Shown here: piece after piece, positions 16,669 through 24,999 of the stretch
Layout of the letters: every line of letters begins with the position of its first letter
How positions within the stretch are numbered: position 1 is the first letter of the stretch
Source of the DNA: Candidatus Moranbacteria bacterium RIFOXYA12_FULL_35_19
Lineage (GTDB): Bacteria > Patescibacteriota > Minisyncoccia > Moranbacterales > UBA2206
DNA length: 55,764 nt
NCBI GenBank assembly: GCA_001784805.1
Contig: MFSE01000013.1
Coordinates: 1 to 55,764, forward strand
Direction: 5' to 3'
Translations under genes and position numbers: made by a program
The notes under the pieces: model-generated
The model's input: the letters and a program-made list of their open reading frames with translations, nothing else
The model's database searches: none
Told to the model about the DNA's origin: nothing

Positions 16669-17022
16669 ATGCGAGACATTCAAGAAATTTGGAGTGAAAT
16701 TGAAAAACTAAAAATTGAACAAAAGGAAATTAGGAAAGATTACAAAGAAACGCTAGAAGGCACAGATAATTATGAAAAAACAGTCGAGGAAGCTAAAATT
16801 CTTCGCGAAAAGAAAAAACAAATCGAATCAATTGTTCAAGAAAGAATGGGCCTGCGATACAATCGCTTTGAAGAGATAAAGAATAAAATTTCCGAACTGC
16901 AAGAAATGCTCACTGATGTAGCCATGACCAATCTTATGGACGGCAAAACGATTTCAATAAAAGATCAGAATCAAAATGAATATGAACCAATTTATAGAAT
17001 AACTTTCAAAAAACGAACCTAG
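16669..17022 (+). CDS. Hypothetical coiled-coil protein
   Basis: 117-aa charged, heptad-like sequence. No family recognised. Confidence 0.45.
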   Translation: MRDIQEIWSEIEKLKIEQKEIRKDYKETLEGTDNYEKTVEEAKILREKKKQIESIVQERMGLRYNRFEEIKNKISELQEMLTDVAMTNLMDGKTISIKDQNQNEYEPIYRITFKKRT

Positions 17023-17033
17023 TTGTTCTCTTT

Positions 17034-17072
17034 AAAAAAACCGCTAGCTATCCAGTAGTCTAGCGGTTTTGT
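17034..17072. terminator. Bidirectional terminator
   Basis: CCGCTAG-loop-CTAGCGG flanked by an A-run and a T-run, between convergent genes. Confidence 0.7.
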
Positions 17073-17092
17073 ATTTTCGAAATTTATTTTTA

Positions 17093-18064
17093 TTATTTTT
17101 TATCGGATAACTTTTGAAAAATTCTTTTTCCAATCAGATAAAAAATCCAAATTATTAGCAAGAATACCGCTAGCGACGGAAGAGTAACAATCACAAAGCG
17201 AATCAGTCCATCAACAAGATCCTGCAAACTTTCGATCAATTCACTGAAAGATTTTTTGATCACTTGAATTGGACGCCAATCATTGCTCACAGGCGCAATC
17301 TCGATATCCTCGCTTACATCAATGGTAATGGTGGACATATTTGTTTGCGAATTCATAAGGCGGATTCGCCCTTCCAGTCTTTCAATTTCTCCCCGCACCC
17401 TAGCAATTTGTTGCGTGACTTTCAAAACATCTTCAATTTCGCCGGCTCTTTCCAAAATTTTCACAAAACTTTCTTCTTCCGCTTTCTTATTTTTCACTTG
17501 AATTTGGAGATCAGAATATTGTTCCGTCACATCCTGCCCGCTAGTTGATTCTGAAATAACTTGGGTAGCGGTTTCTTTTATTTTTACAATAGTATCTTCA
17601 AATTTTTCAACCGGCACCTTGACCGTGAGGCTTCCGCTTTTTTGTCCTTTCACTCTTTCAAAAAAATCCGTAGAAAAAACTTCCCCTCCTTGTTTTTTCA
17701 CAATTTCAGAAATCTTTTGCACCGCCGTTTCTGTTTTTTCCACTTTCAAACTAAGATTTCCATTTTTAATTATTTTTTTATCCGTCGGAATTGGACTTTC
17801 CACAGCACTCTCGGAAAAATTTTCTTCCATCATCATTTGGGGCGAATCAGGAGTGAAATCATCCGCCATTGGGTTTGCCAAACCCATCGAACCGTCAAAA
17901 CCTTTACTAGAAATACCCGCTGTATTGAAATTTGACGAAGATTTTCTCAAAACATTATTCGTTTTTCCCGTAAACAAATTAAACACTCCCCACAAAAAAA
18001 CCACTGCAATAATTATCCCAATAATTGTTAAAACTTTTTTCGCTTTTTCATTTAATGTAATCAT
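17093..18064 (-). CDS. DUF4349-domain membrane protein
   Basis: N- and C-terminal TM helices. The central region (KIIKNGNLSLKVEKTETAVQKI...SGSLTVKVPVEKFEDT...DVTEQYSDLQ) matches the DUF4349 layout. Confidence 0.6.
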   Translation of the reverse strand: MITLNEKAKKVLTIIGIIIAVVFLWGVFNLFTGKTNNVLRKSSSNFNTAGISSKGFDGSMGLANPMADDFTPDSPQMMMEENFSESAVESPIPTDKKIIKNGNLSLKVEKTETAVQKISEIVKKQGGEVFSTDFFERVKGQKSGSLTVKVPVEKFEDTIVKIKETATQVISESTSGQDVTEQYSDLQIQVKNKKAEEESFVKILERAGEIEDVLKVTQQIARVRGEIERLEGRIRLMNSQTNMSTITIDVSEDIEIAPVSNDWRPIQVIKKSFSELIESLQDLVDGLIRFVIVTLPSLAVFLLIIWIFYLIGKRIFQKLSDKK

Positions 18065-18153
18065 TTTATTTTTTTAATTTTTACAACTCCATAATAGCAT
18101 CTTTTTATGGAAAATAAAATCCCCACAACCATTACAGGGATTTTTTATATTCT

Positions 18154-18227
<74 letters not shown>

Positions 18228-18233
18228 TAATTA

Positions 18234-18320
18234 GTTTGTAAAGTTGAAAGTTATAAAGTTTGTAAAGTAAATTTCCGCATTATAAGCTTTATGAACTTTA
18301 TAACTTTATAAACTTTCAAC
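18234..18320. repeat. Word-hairpin, CTTTATAA family, copy 1
   Basis: GTTGAAAGTTATAAAGT faces ACTTTATAACTTTATAAACTTTCAAC. It fills the tRNA-Gly/tRNA-Phe spacer and shares about 30 nt with 42899-42927. Confidence 0.65.
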
Positions 18321-18326
18321 TCATTG

Positions 18327-18401
<75 letters not shown>

Positions 18402-18409
18402 TAAAAATT

Positions 18410-19069
18410 CTAATATGAACTAAAAACTCCTTTTGCCCAACCAGATATTTTCAAAAATAATTCCGTATCACAAATATAAATATCGAACACTCCAAATGGC
18501 AATGTGTCTTTTTTATTCTTGCTAGATATATTTGTTTTTCTGTAAGTTTTAAAGAATTTTTTCAGTGGTATGTCCGCTATAGACGACCAATACTTTTCAG
18601 CTTTTTTATGATCCAGATGTGGATGAATATGAATATATCCTCTAAATTTTTCTTCTGACACATTGCAAACTCTTCGGAAAAAAGCCATCATTATTTTTAT
18701 CATTTCAGGATCACCATTGGAAAATCTTACCAATCCGCGTTGCGTTTTTCCACCCTCCGCCCAATACAGCATTATCCCCATTAGCCACAATTCTTTTTGT
18801 GATATTTTTCCAATCTGTTTTTCTGCTTTATCTAAAATAATTTGTCGCTTACCTTTTTCATTTTTCAATCTAGTCTGTCTTCTTTTTTCAACAACTTTTA
18901 TACTAGATACTTTTTTTGATAAAGCCTCAATTTGATCTAAATTTAATTCAATATTACGAACCCATATACTAACACTGCTCTTAGCAACACCGATCTTTTT
19001 GGCAATTTCCTTTATCGACAATCCCTTCTTTCGCAATCTTATCGAATCTTCCTTTTCTTTTTTTAACAT
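18410..19069 (-). CDS. HTH protein, possible LAGLIDADG-type homing endonuclease
   Basis: N-terminal resolvase-like HTH (GLSIKEIAKKIGVAKSSVSIW). WLMGIMLYWAEGGK resembles a LAGLIDADG motif. Sits between tRNA-Val and tRNA-Phe. Confidence 0.35.
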   Translation of the reverse strand: MLKKEKEDSIRLRKKGLSIKEIAKKIGVAKSSVSIWVRNIELNLDQIEALSKKVSSIKVVEKRRQTRLKNEKGKRQIILDKAEKQIGKISQKELWLMGIMLYWAEGGKTQRGLVRFSNGDPEMIKIMMAFFRRVCNVSEEKFRGYIHIHPHLDHKKAEKYWSSIADIPLKKFFKTYRKTNISSKNKKDTLPFGVFDIYICDTELFLKISGWAKGVFSSY

Positions 19070-19128
19070 AATCGAACTATTAAACTATTTACATAGTAAT
19101 TATAAATCACTAGTTCGATTTTAACAAG

Positions 19129-19201
19129 TGGATCCTGCAGGGCTCGAACCTGCGACATCTTCGATGTAAGCGAAGCGCTCTACCAACTGAGCTAAGGATC
19201 C
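19129..19201 (-). tRNA. tRNA-Val (anticodon TAC)
   Basis: Hand fold. Acceptor GGATCCT/AGGATCC, stem CTTCG/CGAAG, loop CTTACAT. Confidence 0.85.
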
Positions 19202-19209
19202 AAAATTCG

Positions 19210-19294
19210 TGCGAACGAGAGGACTCGAACCTCCAAGAAGTTGCCTTCATTAGCACCTCAAGCTAACGCGTATACCAAATTCCGCCACGTTCGC
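19210..19294 (-). tRNA. tRNA-Leu (anticodon GAG)
   Basis: Hand fold. Acceptor GCGAACG/CGTTCGC, stem TTAGC/GCTAA, loop TTGAGGT, long variable arm. Confidence 0.85.
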
Positions 19295-19376
19295 TTTTTC
19301 TTTATCTATTAATTCCTCGCCTTAATTTGACGAAATATTTCATCGAGTTGAAGCGGGCACTATACAAGCACAGAAA

Positions 19377-19823
19377 TTATTTCTTTTCTTCTTTCTTAAT
19401 TTCTTCTTTATCTTCTGTGTCATTCTGTTTTACTTCAGTGTTCTTCTGTGTATCTTCCTCTTTGATAAATTCCTTAATTTCCTTATATTTCATCCGGCTC
19501 TGTTTAGTGGTCAGCTCTCGAATATAATATAATTTTGCTCGGCGAACTTTCGCTTGCTTGATTAGTTTTATCTTTTCAACATTTTTAGAAAGAATTGGAA
19601 TAATCATTTCCACGCCAACTTCATGGGAAACTTTTCGCACTGTAAGCGTCGGAGAAGAACTTTGTTTTCCCTTCACAGCCAACACCAGACCCTTAAATAT
19701 CTGGACTCTTTCTTTTCCACCTTCTTTGATTTTGAGATAAACTTCCACCACATCTCCCGCCTTAAAATCAATCTTTTTGTTGCTTCTTAGATTTTTGTTG
19801 AATTCGATTGTTTTCTTATCCAT
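19377..19823 (-). CDS. rplS: 50S ribosomal protein L19 with a K/E-rich C-terminal tail
   Basis: FKAGDVVEVYLKIKEGGKERVQIFKGLVLAVKG...TVRKVSHEVGVE core. About 35 extra C-terminal residues. Confidence 0.9.
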   Translation of the reverse strand: MDKKTIEFNKNLRSNKKIDFKAGDVVEVYLKIKEGGKERVQIFKGLVLAVKGKQSSSPTLTVRKVSHEVGVEMIIPILSKNVEKIKLIKQAKVRRAKLYYIRELTTKQSRMKYKEIKEFIKEEDTQKNTEVKQNDTEDKEEIKKEEKK

Positions 19824-19840
19824 ATCTTTAAATATGTATT

Positions 19841-19903
19841 ATTCGCATGAGCAATTCGCATGAGCCGATTCGTAGCCGGCTATTCGCATACTGCCATTCG
19901 CAT
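19841..19903. repeat. Four copies of ATTCGCAT upstream of rplS
   Basis: ATTCGCAT at 19841, 19854, 19882 and 19896, flanking the AGCC/GGCT hairpin GCCGATTCGTAGCCGGC. Confidence 0.6.
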
Positions 19904-20026
19904 ACTTATTATAACAAATTATATCTTAAATAAAAAATTATCCCAATAAATTGAGAATTTAGGCTAATTTTAAAACTATTTTAGCTTTTTTATCTTAGCT
20001 TTTTATTGATGTTTAGTCAAGCCTCG

Positions 20027-20959
20027 CTATAAAATATGAGCCTTGAAATCATCTGGCAACTCAATTTCGAATTTAAAATTCTGACCGTTTAAATTAAATT
20101 CGATCTTTTTAGCGCAAAGCAAATGTCGAACAATATTTTCTTTTGCTTTCATATTTTTTAGCCGATATTTTTCATCTCCTAAAATTGAATGACCAATCGA
20201 AGAAAGATGAATTCTAATTTGATGCATTCGACCAGTTTTCGGTTTTACTTCTACTAATGAATAGTTTTCAAATTCTTGCAATACTTTATATTCTGTCACG
20301 GCTTCACGAATTTTAGTTTTCGTTTTTGCTCTGGCTATTGTTTGTTTTTTATAATCTGCTGATCGCGCCAATGGCGCATCAATCAAACCTTTTTTATTTT
20401 CCAATTTTCCATACACTAAAGCCCAATATGTTTTTTGAATTTCTCGATTTTTAAATTTACTTTTAAGCACTTCAAATGTTTTTTGATTTCTCGCGACAAG
20501 CATTATCCCGCTAGTATCCTTGTCCAACCGATGCACTATCCCGGGACGATTTTCTGGTTCATCTCCGACTTTTTTTATTTCCGGAAATTTATAAATTAAA
20601 CCATTAACCAAAGTGTCTTGTTCTTTTTTTGCACTCGGATGAACTTGCAACCCCGCCGGTTTATTTATCACAATAATATTTTCATCTTTGTAGATTATTT
20701 CAAATTTAATTTTAGAGCTTGAAATTATTTCTTTTTGTTTCATGCTATATGTTTCATGTTTCATGACTTCAATCGCATCATTCTCTTTTAAAATATAGCT
20801 CGGTTTAACTGTTTTATTATTCACGGTGATATTCCCCGATTTAATATTTCTAATAATTTCCCCGCGGGTAATTTTTTCATCATTCAAAAAAAATCCCTGC
20901 ATTAGGAATCTATCAACTCTTTGACCTGAATTTTCTTTTGTTATAATTATTTTTTTCAT
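20027..20959 (-). CDS. rluD: RluA-family 23S rRNA pseudouridine synthase (RluD-like)
   Basis: S4 domain, then HRLDKDTSGIMLVAR and GRMHQIRIHL motifs. Start set to the ATG at 20959 because the ORF-track extension overlaps tRNA genes. Confidence 0.85.
   Translation of the reverse strand: MKKIIITKENSGQRVDRFLMQGFFLNDEKITRGEIIRNIKSGNITVNNKTVKPSYILKENDAIEVMKHETYSMKQKEIISSSKIKFEIIYKDENIIVINKPAGLQVHPSAKKEQDTLVNGLIYKFPEIKKVGDEPENRPGIVHRLDKDTSGIMLVARNQKTFEVLKSKFKNREIQKTYWALVYGKLENKKGLIDAPLARSADYKKQTIARAKTKTKIREAVTEYKVLQEFENYSLVEVKPKTGRMHQIRIHLSSIGHSILGDEKYRLKNMKAKENIVRHLLCAKKIEFNLNGQNFKFEIELPDDFKAHIL
20737..20767. repeat. CATG-word element inside rluD
   Basis: GTTTCATGCTATATGTTTCATGTTTCATGAC encodes KHETYSMKQ. 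Near-copy of the intergenic 27200-27232. Confidence 0.6.
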
Positions 20960-20962
20960 TTG

Positions 20963-21046
20963 TGCCCAGAAGAGGACTCGAACCTCCAATCCCTTGCGAG
21001 AACCAGTTCCTAAGACTGGCGCGTATACCAATTCCGCCATCTGGGC
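20963..21046 (-). tRNA. tRNA-Leu (anticodon TAG)
   Basis: Hand fold. Acceptor GCCCAGA/TCTGGGC, stem CCAGT/ACTGG, loop CTTAGGA, long variable arm. Confidence 0.85.
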
Positions 21047-21065
21047 AAATTTATTCAATTTTTTC

Positions 21066-21125
21066 TCAATCCCTTGCGGGAATCCCGCCTTGGCGGGACG
21101 CGTATACCAATTCCGCCACCAAGGC
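21066..21125 (-). pseudogene. Decayed tRNA-Leu fragment (CAA-like), lacking T-arm and 3' acceptor
   Basis: The 5' part GCCTTGGTGGCGGAATTGGTATACGCG matches its neighbour's D-arm region exactly. The anticodon hairpin TCCCG-CCAAGG-CGGGA has a 6-nt loop. The variable arm is then followed by an A/T run instead of a T-arm. Confidence 0.6.
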
Positions 21126-21142
21126 AAATATTTTAAACCCAG

Positions 21143-21224
21143 TGCCGATGGTGGGACTTGAACCCACAAACCTTGCGGCACACGAACCTGAATCGTGCGT
21201 GTTTGCCAATTTCACCACATCGGC
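21143..21224 (-). tRNA. tRNA-Leu (anticodon CAG)
   Basis: Hand fold. Acceptor GCCGATG/CATCGGC, stem CACGA/TCGTG, loop TTCAGGT, long variable arm. Confidence 0.85.
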
Positions 21225-21230
21225 TAATTT

Positions 21231-21524
21231 TTATTCCAATATTACTTTTAATCTTTTCACTTCTTCCGCTAGCACTCCTTCATTTTCATATTCACCATGA
21301 TGGCGCGTGTCATCGCCATAAGTTTCCTTTTTGGCATCTAAATGAATGCTGATTGTCATATTCGCTCCATTTACCTTAACATACATATGAAATCGCGGAT
21401 AGCCTGAAGCTGAAAATGGACGCACGAAACTCATTTCCTCGCCGGCTTGTCTTTGAAAAATATATCCCGCTCGACGAAGCAGATTAGCTGGGCTACTGGA
21501 AATGTTTTTAATTTCTAATATCAT
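21231..21524 (-). CDS. Hypothetical protein (97 aa)
   Basis: ORF abutting tRNA-Leu(CAG). No family recognised. Confidence 0.45.
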   Translation of the reverse strand: MILEIKNISSSPANLLRRAGYIFQRQAGEEMSFVRPFSASGYPRFHMYVKVNGANMTISIHLDAKKETYGDDTRHHGEYENEGVLAEEVKRLKVILE

Positions 21525-21529
21525 ATTTT

Positions 21530-21604
21530 TACTAATTACTAATCAAATACTAATATACTAATCTACAAATTATTCGTATATTCGTACAAGATTAGTAATT
21601 AGTA
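21530..21604. repeat. Word-hairpin, ACTAAT family
   Basis: TACTAATTACTAATC (21530-21544) is the exact reverse complement of GATTAGTAATTAGTA (21590-21604). Confidence 0.7.
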
Positions 21605-21608
21605 AAGA

Positions 21609-22475
21609 TTAACTTAATTTATCAGCAAAATCTTTTGCCGACTTCACAGTATTTTTAAGTAATTCAACAACCGTCATCGGCCCTACTCCACCGGGCACAG
21701 GCGTAATTGCGCTGGCAATTTTGGAAACTTCCGAAAAATCCACATCGCCCACCAATTTTCCCTCGTTGTTTCGATTCATTCCAACATCCACAACAGCTGC
21801 TCCTTGTTTTACCATATCCGCCGTAATTAGTCCAGCATGCCCCACTGCCGAAATCAAGATATCCGCCCCTAAGCATTTTTCTTTCAAATTTTTTGTTTTG
21901 GAATTACAAACGGTCACTGTCGCGCCAGCGTTTATCATCATTAATGCCAAGGGTTTTCCTACAATATTACTTCGCCCAACAATCACCACATCTTTGCCAA
22001 TTATTTCAATTTCAGATCTTTTTAAAATTTCCAAAATTCCTGCCGGCGTGCAAGGTAAAAAAAATTCTTGGCCTAAACCTAAAAATATTTTCCCGATATT
22101 TTCCGGATGGAAACAGTCTACATCTTTTTTGAGATCGATCGCCAAAATTATTTTTTCTTTGTCAATATGTTTTGGCAATGGCAATTGAACCAAAATTCCA
22201 CTAATTGTTTCATCTTTATTTAATTTTGTGATTAATTTTATTATTTCTTCTTGGGATATTTTTTCTTCCAACTCATACACTTCCGAACTAATTCCAACTT
22301 CTTCACAAGCTCGTTTTTTATTTTTTACATAAATTTTAGAAGCACTGTCTTCCCCCACAATTATCACTGCGAGCCCTGGCACGATTCCTTTTTCTTTTAA
22401 CCTTAAAACTTCAGATTTGATTTCTGTTTTCAGTTCTTGGGCTATTTTTTTCCCATCCAATATTTTAGTATCCAT
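21609..22475 (-). CDS. folD: Bifunctional methylene-THF dehydrogenase/methenyl-THF cyclohydrolase
   Basis: Full-length FolD-like sequence (GLAVIIVGEDSASKIYVKNK, LVQLPLP, TPVPGGVGPMT). Confidence 0.9.
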   Translation of the reverse strand: MDTKILDGKKIAQELKTEIKSEVLRLKEKGIVPGLAVIIVGEDSASKIYVKNKKRACEEVGISSEVYELEEKISQEEIIKLITKLNKDETISGILVQLPLPKHIDKEKIILAIDLKKDVDCFHPENIGKIFLGLGQEFFLPCTPAGILEILKRSEIEIIGKDVVIVGRSNIVGKPLALMMINAGATVTVCNSKTKNLKEKCLGADILISAVGHAGLITADMVKQGAAVVDVGMNRNNEGKLVGDVDFSEVSKIASAITPVPGGVGPMTVVELLKNTVKSAKDFADKLS

Positions 22476-22495
22476 ATGCAGTTTATTAATTTTAA

Positions 22496-22536
22496 TTTCG
22501 TACTTTCGTATTTCGTTTATTTCGTATTTCGTAAAA
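22496..22536. repeat. TTTCGTA-word repeat (half element)
   Basis: TTTCGTACTTTCGTATTTCGTTTATTTCGTATTTCGTAAAA. Same word family as 41713-42174, 44998-45085 and 48101-48147. Confidence 0.6.
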
Positions 22537-23196
22537 CTAAATTATTTCATCCTTAACTTTTTTTAATATTTGCACCGCTTTTTCATCTTCGCGAAGTTCT
22601 TGAATTAATTTTATTATTTCTTCTAATTTGTTTGATATTTTTTGTTTGCTTAAAAATATTTTTATCGTTTTATCATTTGGCTTTACTTCAATATACTTAG
22701 CTACTATTGCATACCATAAATTAAATGTTTCTGGCAAAATATCTGTATTAACCTTAGCAAATGGAGCATGATTGAAATAGCTCACTATTTTTTCCCAATT
22801 ATTATATTCCTCATAAACAAGCTCGTCTTCTAACAATTTTGCCGCTAAACCTCTAGTATAGCCTACCTCATTTAAAGAATAAAAGCTATATTTATTCAAA
22901 ATTTCCTCTCTCTTCATATCACAATATAAATGAAACTTCCAGCCGGCCTCAAAAGAAGTTAGCCCAGAAAAATTCAAATCCAAAACAGGAAAATAAAGGT
23001 GAGTATCTTTTCTTTTTATATTTTTATCAATCCGCCGAATATCCGGAAAAACACAACCCAAAATAAACTCGTCCCGATTGATTTTACTCGTCGGCACCAA
23101 AAGCGTTTTCTCATCTTCCAAATCATTAAGACCCTCCGAATCCAATCGGTCAAAATATTTCTTTGCATAAACAATGTGCGCAATTTGTGAAGCCAT
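22537..23196 (-). CDS. Hypothetical protein (219 aa)
   Basis: Long ORF with no confident family call. Confidence 0.45.
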   Translation of the reverse strand: MASQIAHIVYAKKYFDRLDSEGLNDLEDEKTLLVPTSKINRDEFILGCVFPDIRRIDKNIKRKDTHLYFPVLDLNFSGLTSFEAGWKFHLYCDMKREEILNKYSFYSLNEVGYTRGLAAKLLEDELVYEEYNNWEKIVSYFNHAPFAKVNTDILPETFNLWYAIVAKYIEVKPNDKTIKIFLSKQKISNKLEEIIKLIQELREDEKAVQILKKVKDEII

Positions 23197-23203
23197 GTTT
23201 TTA

Positions 23204-23968
23204 TTATAGCTTTTCTGGTAAAATATTCCAGAGCAAATTAAAGGTTAGTTTTTGAAGCTCAACCAATTCTTTGGATTCTATGATAATCGCCATTTTTTCT
23301 TCCCAAGAAACAATCAGCATTTTGTTGTTATAAATATTTACTTCCGGCGAAAAAGTCATTTCACTTTCTGGCAAAAATCGCGTTTCTCTCATTTCTTCTT
23401 GATTATGCTTTGAGCGTTCAATTGACAATTCATTCTGGGGAATAATAGCCCTGATAAAAATTTTATTTTTTGTTCTTCTAGCATAGTATTCCGGAAAAAA
23501 ATTCGGCAGTCCCTTGTGCATTGTTTCAACATTAGCATAAGCAAAAATAATTCCTTTTGAATTCAAAGTGTCTTCATAGGCTTCTCGCATGCCCTTTTCT
23601 CCTTCAAAAAATTGGATTTTTGGCTTGGCAGTATAGATATTTTGAAGAGAAATAAGTTGTGGTAAAAGTTCGGTGACTTTTTGTTTTTGTTTTTCGATTT
23701 CCTTGTCTTTTTCTTCTTTTTCTCGATCTAAATATGTTAAAAGATGTTTTGGCTCAAGCGCATTGAAAAAAGTCGAGGCGCCTTTTTTATATTTACTAAT
23801 CAACCCTTTTTGAAGCAAAACATCACAAATATCATAAATAGTCGTCCGATTAAGACCTGTTTTCCGAGATATTTCTTTGGCTTTCGCCGAACCCAACTCG
23901 ACAAGAGCCAAATATATCACTGTCTCTTTTTCAGAGAAGTTTAGTTGATTTAGGAGATTTTTTATCAT
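23204..23968 (-). CDS. TrmB-family transcriptional regulator, paralog 3
   Basis: wHTH EKETVIYLALVELGSAKAKEISRKTGLNRTTIYDICDVLLQKGLI. ATG at 23968 preferred because a TTGACA-17-TATACT promoter (24025-23997, minus strand) overlaps the upstream ATG. Confidence 0.75.
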   Translation of the reverse strand: MIKNLLNQLNFSEKETVIYLALVELGSAKAKEISRKTGLNRTTIYDICDVLLQKGLISKYKKGASTFFNALEPKHLLTYLDREKEEKDKEIEKQKQKVTELLPQLISLQNIYTAKPKIQFFEGEKGMREAYEDTLNSKGIIFAYANVETMHKGLPNFFPEYYARRTKNKIFIRAIIPQNELSIERSKHNQEEMRETRFLPESEMTFSPEVNIYNNKMLIVSWEEKMAIIIESKELVELQKLTFNLLWNILPEKL

Positions 23969-24148
23969 TTGTTGTGGAAAATATTTCGACACTTTTAGTA
24001 TATCAAACAAAGACTAGATTGTCAATTTCATAAAATAACCAGTCCACCAATAAACATCCTATCGCAACCTAATATATACTATTTTATTATGATAAAAATA
24101 AGTTTATCATAATAAAAAATAAATCATTTGAAAAAGAGGAGGAGGAAA

Positions 24149-24409
24149 ATGAAAAAAATATTTCCAAAAATAAGGGCCCTTTTGCCTTGCAGAAGAACGG
24201 TGAAATATTTTATCTTTGTCTTATTTATGACAATGACAATATTTCTCGGTCCAATATTTATTCCCGAGGGCTTAGTGTTTTTCGCAATTATATTCCCCGT
24301 AGTTAGCCCTTTTCTCTTACTATTTGGTTGGCCATGTGTTATAGCCAACTGGAAAGACCCGTCTGGCTGGGATAAGGAGGCCAGCCCTGGAAAATCAGTT
24401 GTTAAATAA
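24149..24409 (+). CDS. Small membrane protein (86 aa)
   Basis: Strong SD (GAGGAGGAGG) before the ATG at 24149 and two hydrophobic helices. Confidence 0.55.
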   Translation: MKKIFPKIRALLPCRRTVKYFIFVLFMTMTIFLGPIFIPEGLVFFAIIFPVVSPFLLLFGWPCVIANWKDPSGWDKEASPGKSVVK

Positions 24410-24462
24410 AATAGTAACAAGGCAGATCGCCCACGCGCGCTCTGCCTTTTAAAATAATTAAG

Positions 24463-24495
24463 AAAGCCACAAAAAAATTTAATTTTGTGGCTTTT
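24463..24495. terminator. Bidirectional terminator
   Basis: AAAGCCACAAAA-loop-TTTTGTGGCTTT. A second hairpin GGCAGA...TCTGCC-TTTT lies at 24421-24450. Confidence 0.7.
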
Positions 24496-24507
24496 CTCAC
24501 GATCTTC

Positions 24508-24810
24508 TTACTCTTTTTTTTCTTTTTCTTCTTTTTCAAAAAATCCTGTTTTCGTACGGTGCACATAGACAAATGCTAAGTAAGACAACGAGAACATCAA
24601 TAAAGAAACTGTTTCTGCTAGTAAAAGCAAATCTGCCTTTAAAAACATACACCCTGAAATTAATGCTAAAATCGTTCCAGTCAAGAAGGAGAATCTAACA
24701 CCCCTAAACGACTTTTTAGCACAGAAGAAAATAACACTGGCAACTACTAACGAATAAATAATAACAATCACAATCTGAATGATTATTGTTCCACTAGTAA
24801 TTTGCATCAT
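24508..24810 (-). CDS. Small membrane protein (100 aa)
   Basis: SD AAGGAGG upstream and three hydrophobic helices. Confidence 0.55.
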   Translation of the reverse strand: MMQITSGTIIIQIVIVIIYSLVVASVIFFCAKKSFRGVRFSFLTGTILALISGCMFLKADLLLLAETVSLLMFSLSYLAFVYVHRTKTGFFEKEEKEKKE

Positions 24811-24999
24811 CTGCCTCCTTTAAATTGATATGTTTTTAAAAAACCTTCTTCAAAAAAAGTCTAGCGCACTTCTTATTTATTGTCAAGTTTTTTCGTCTGT
24901 TTTTTGTTTAATATAAGCCTACATTTACTATTTTGTGGAATTATATTGACACAATTAAAATTTTATATTAAACTAGGAGTATAAATAACTCTCATAAAT

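Noticed and set aside
20960-21181. N-terminal 74-codon extension of the rluD ORF in the ORF track.
   Set aside because: The extension is the reverse strand of tRNA-Leu(TAG), the tRNA fragment and part of tRNA-Leu(CAG). A proper ATG at 20959 gives a normal RluD N-terminus.
24124-24420. 98-aa minus-strand ORF.
   Set aside because: It is antisense to the plus-strand membrane protein gene, which has a very strong SD (GAGGAGGAGG) and a terminator. Only one of the two can be real.
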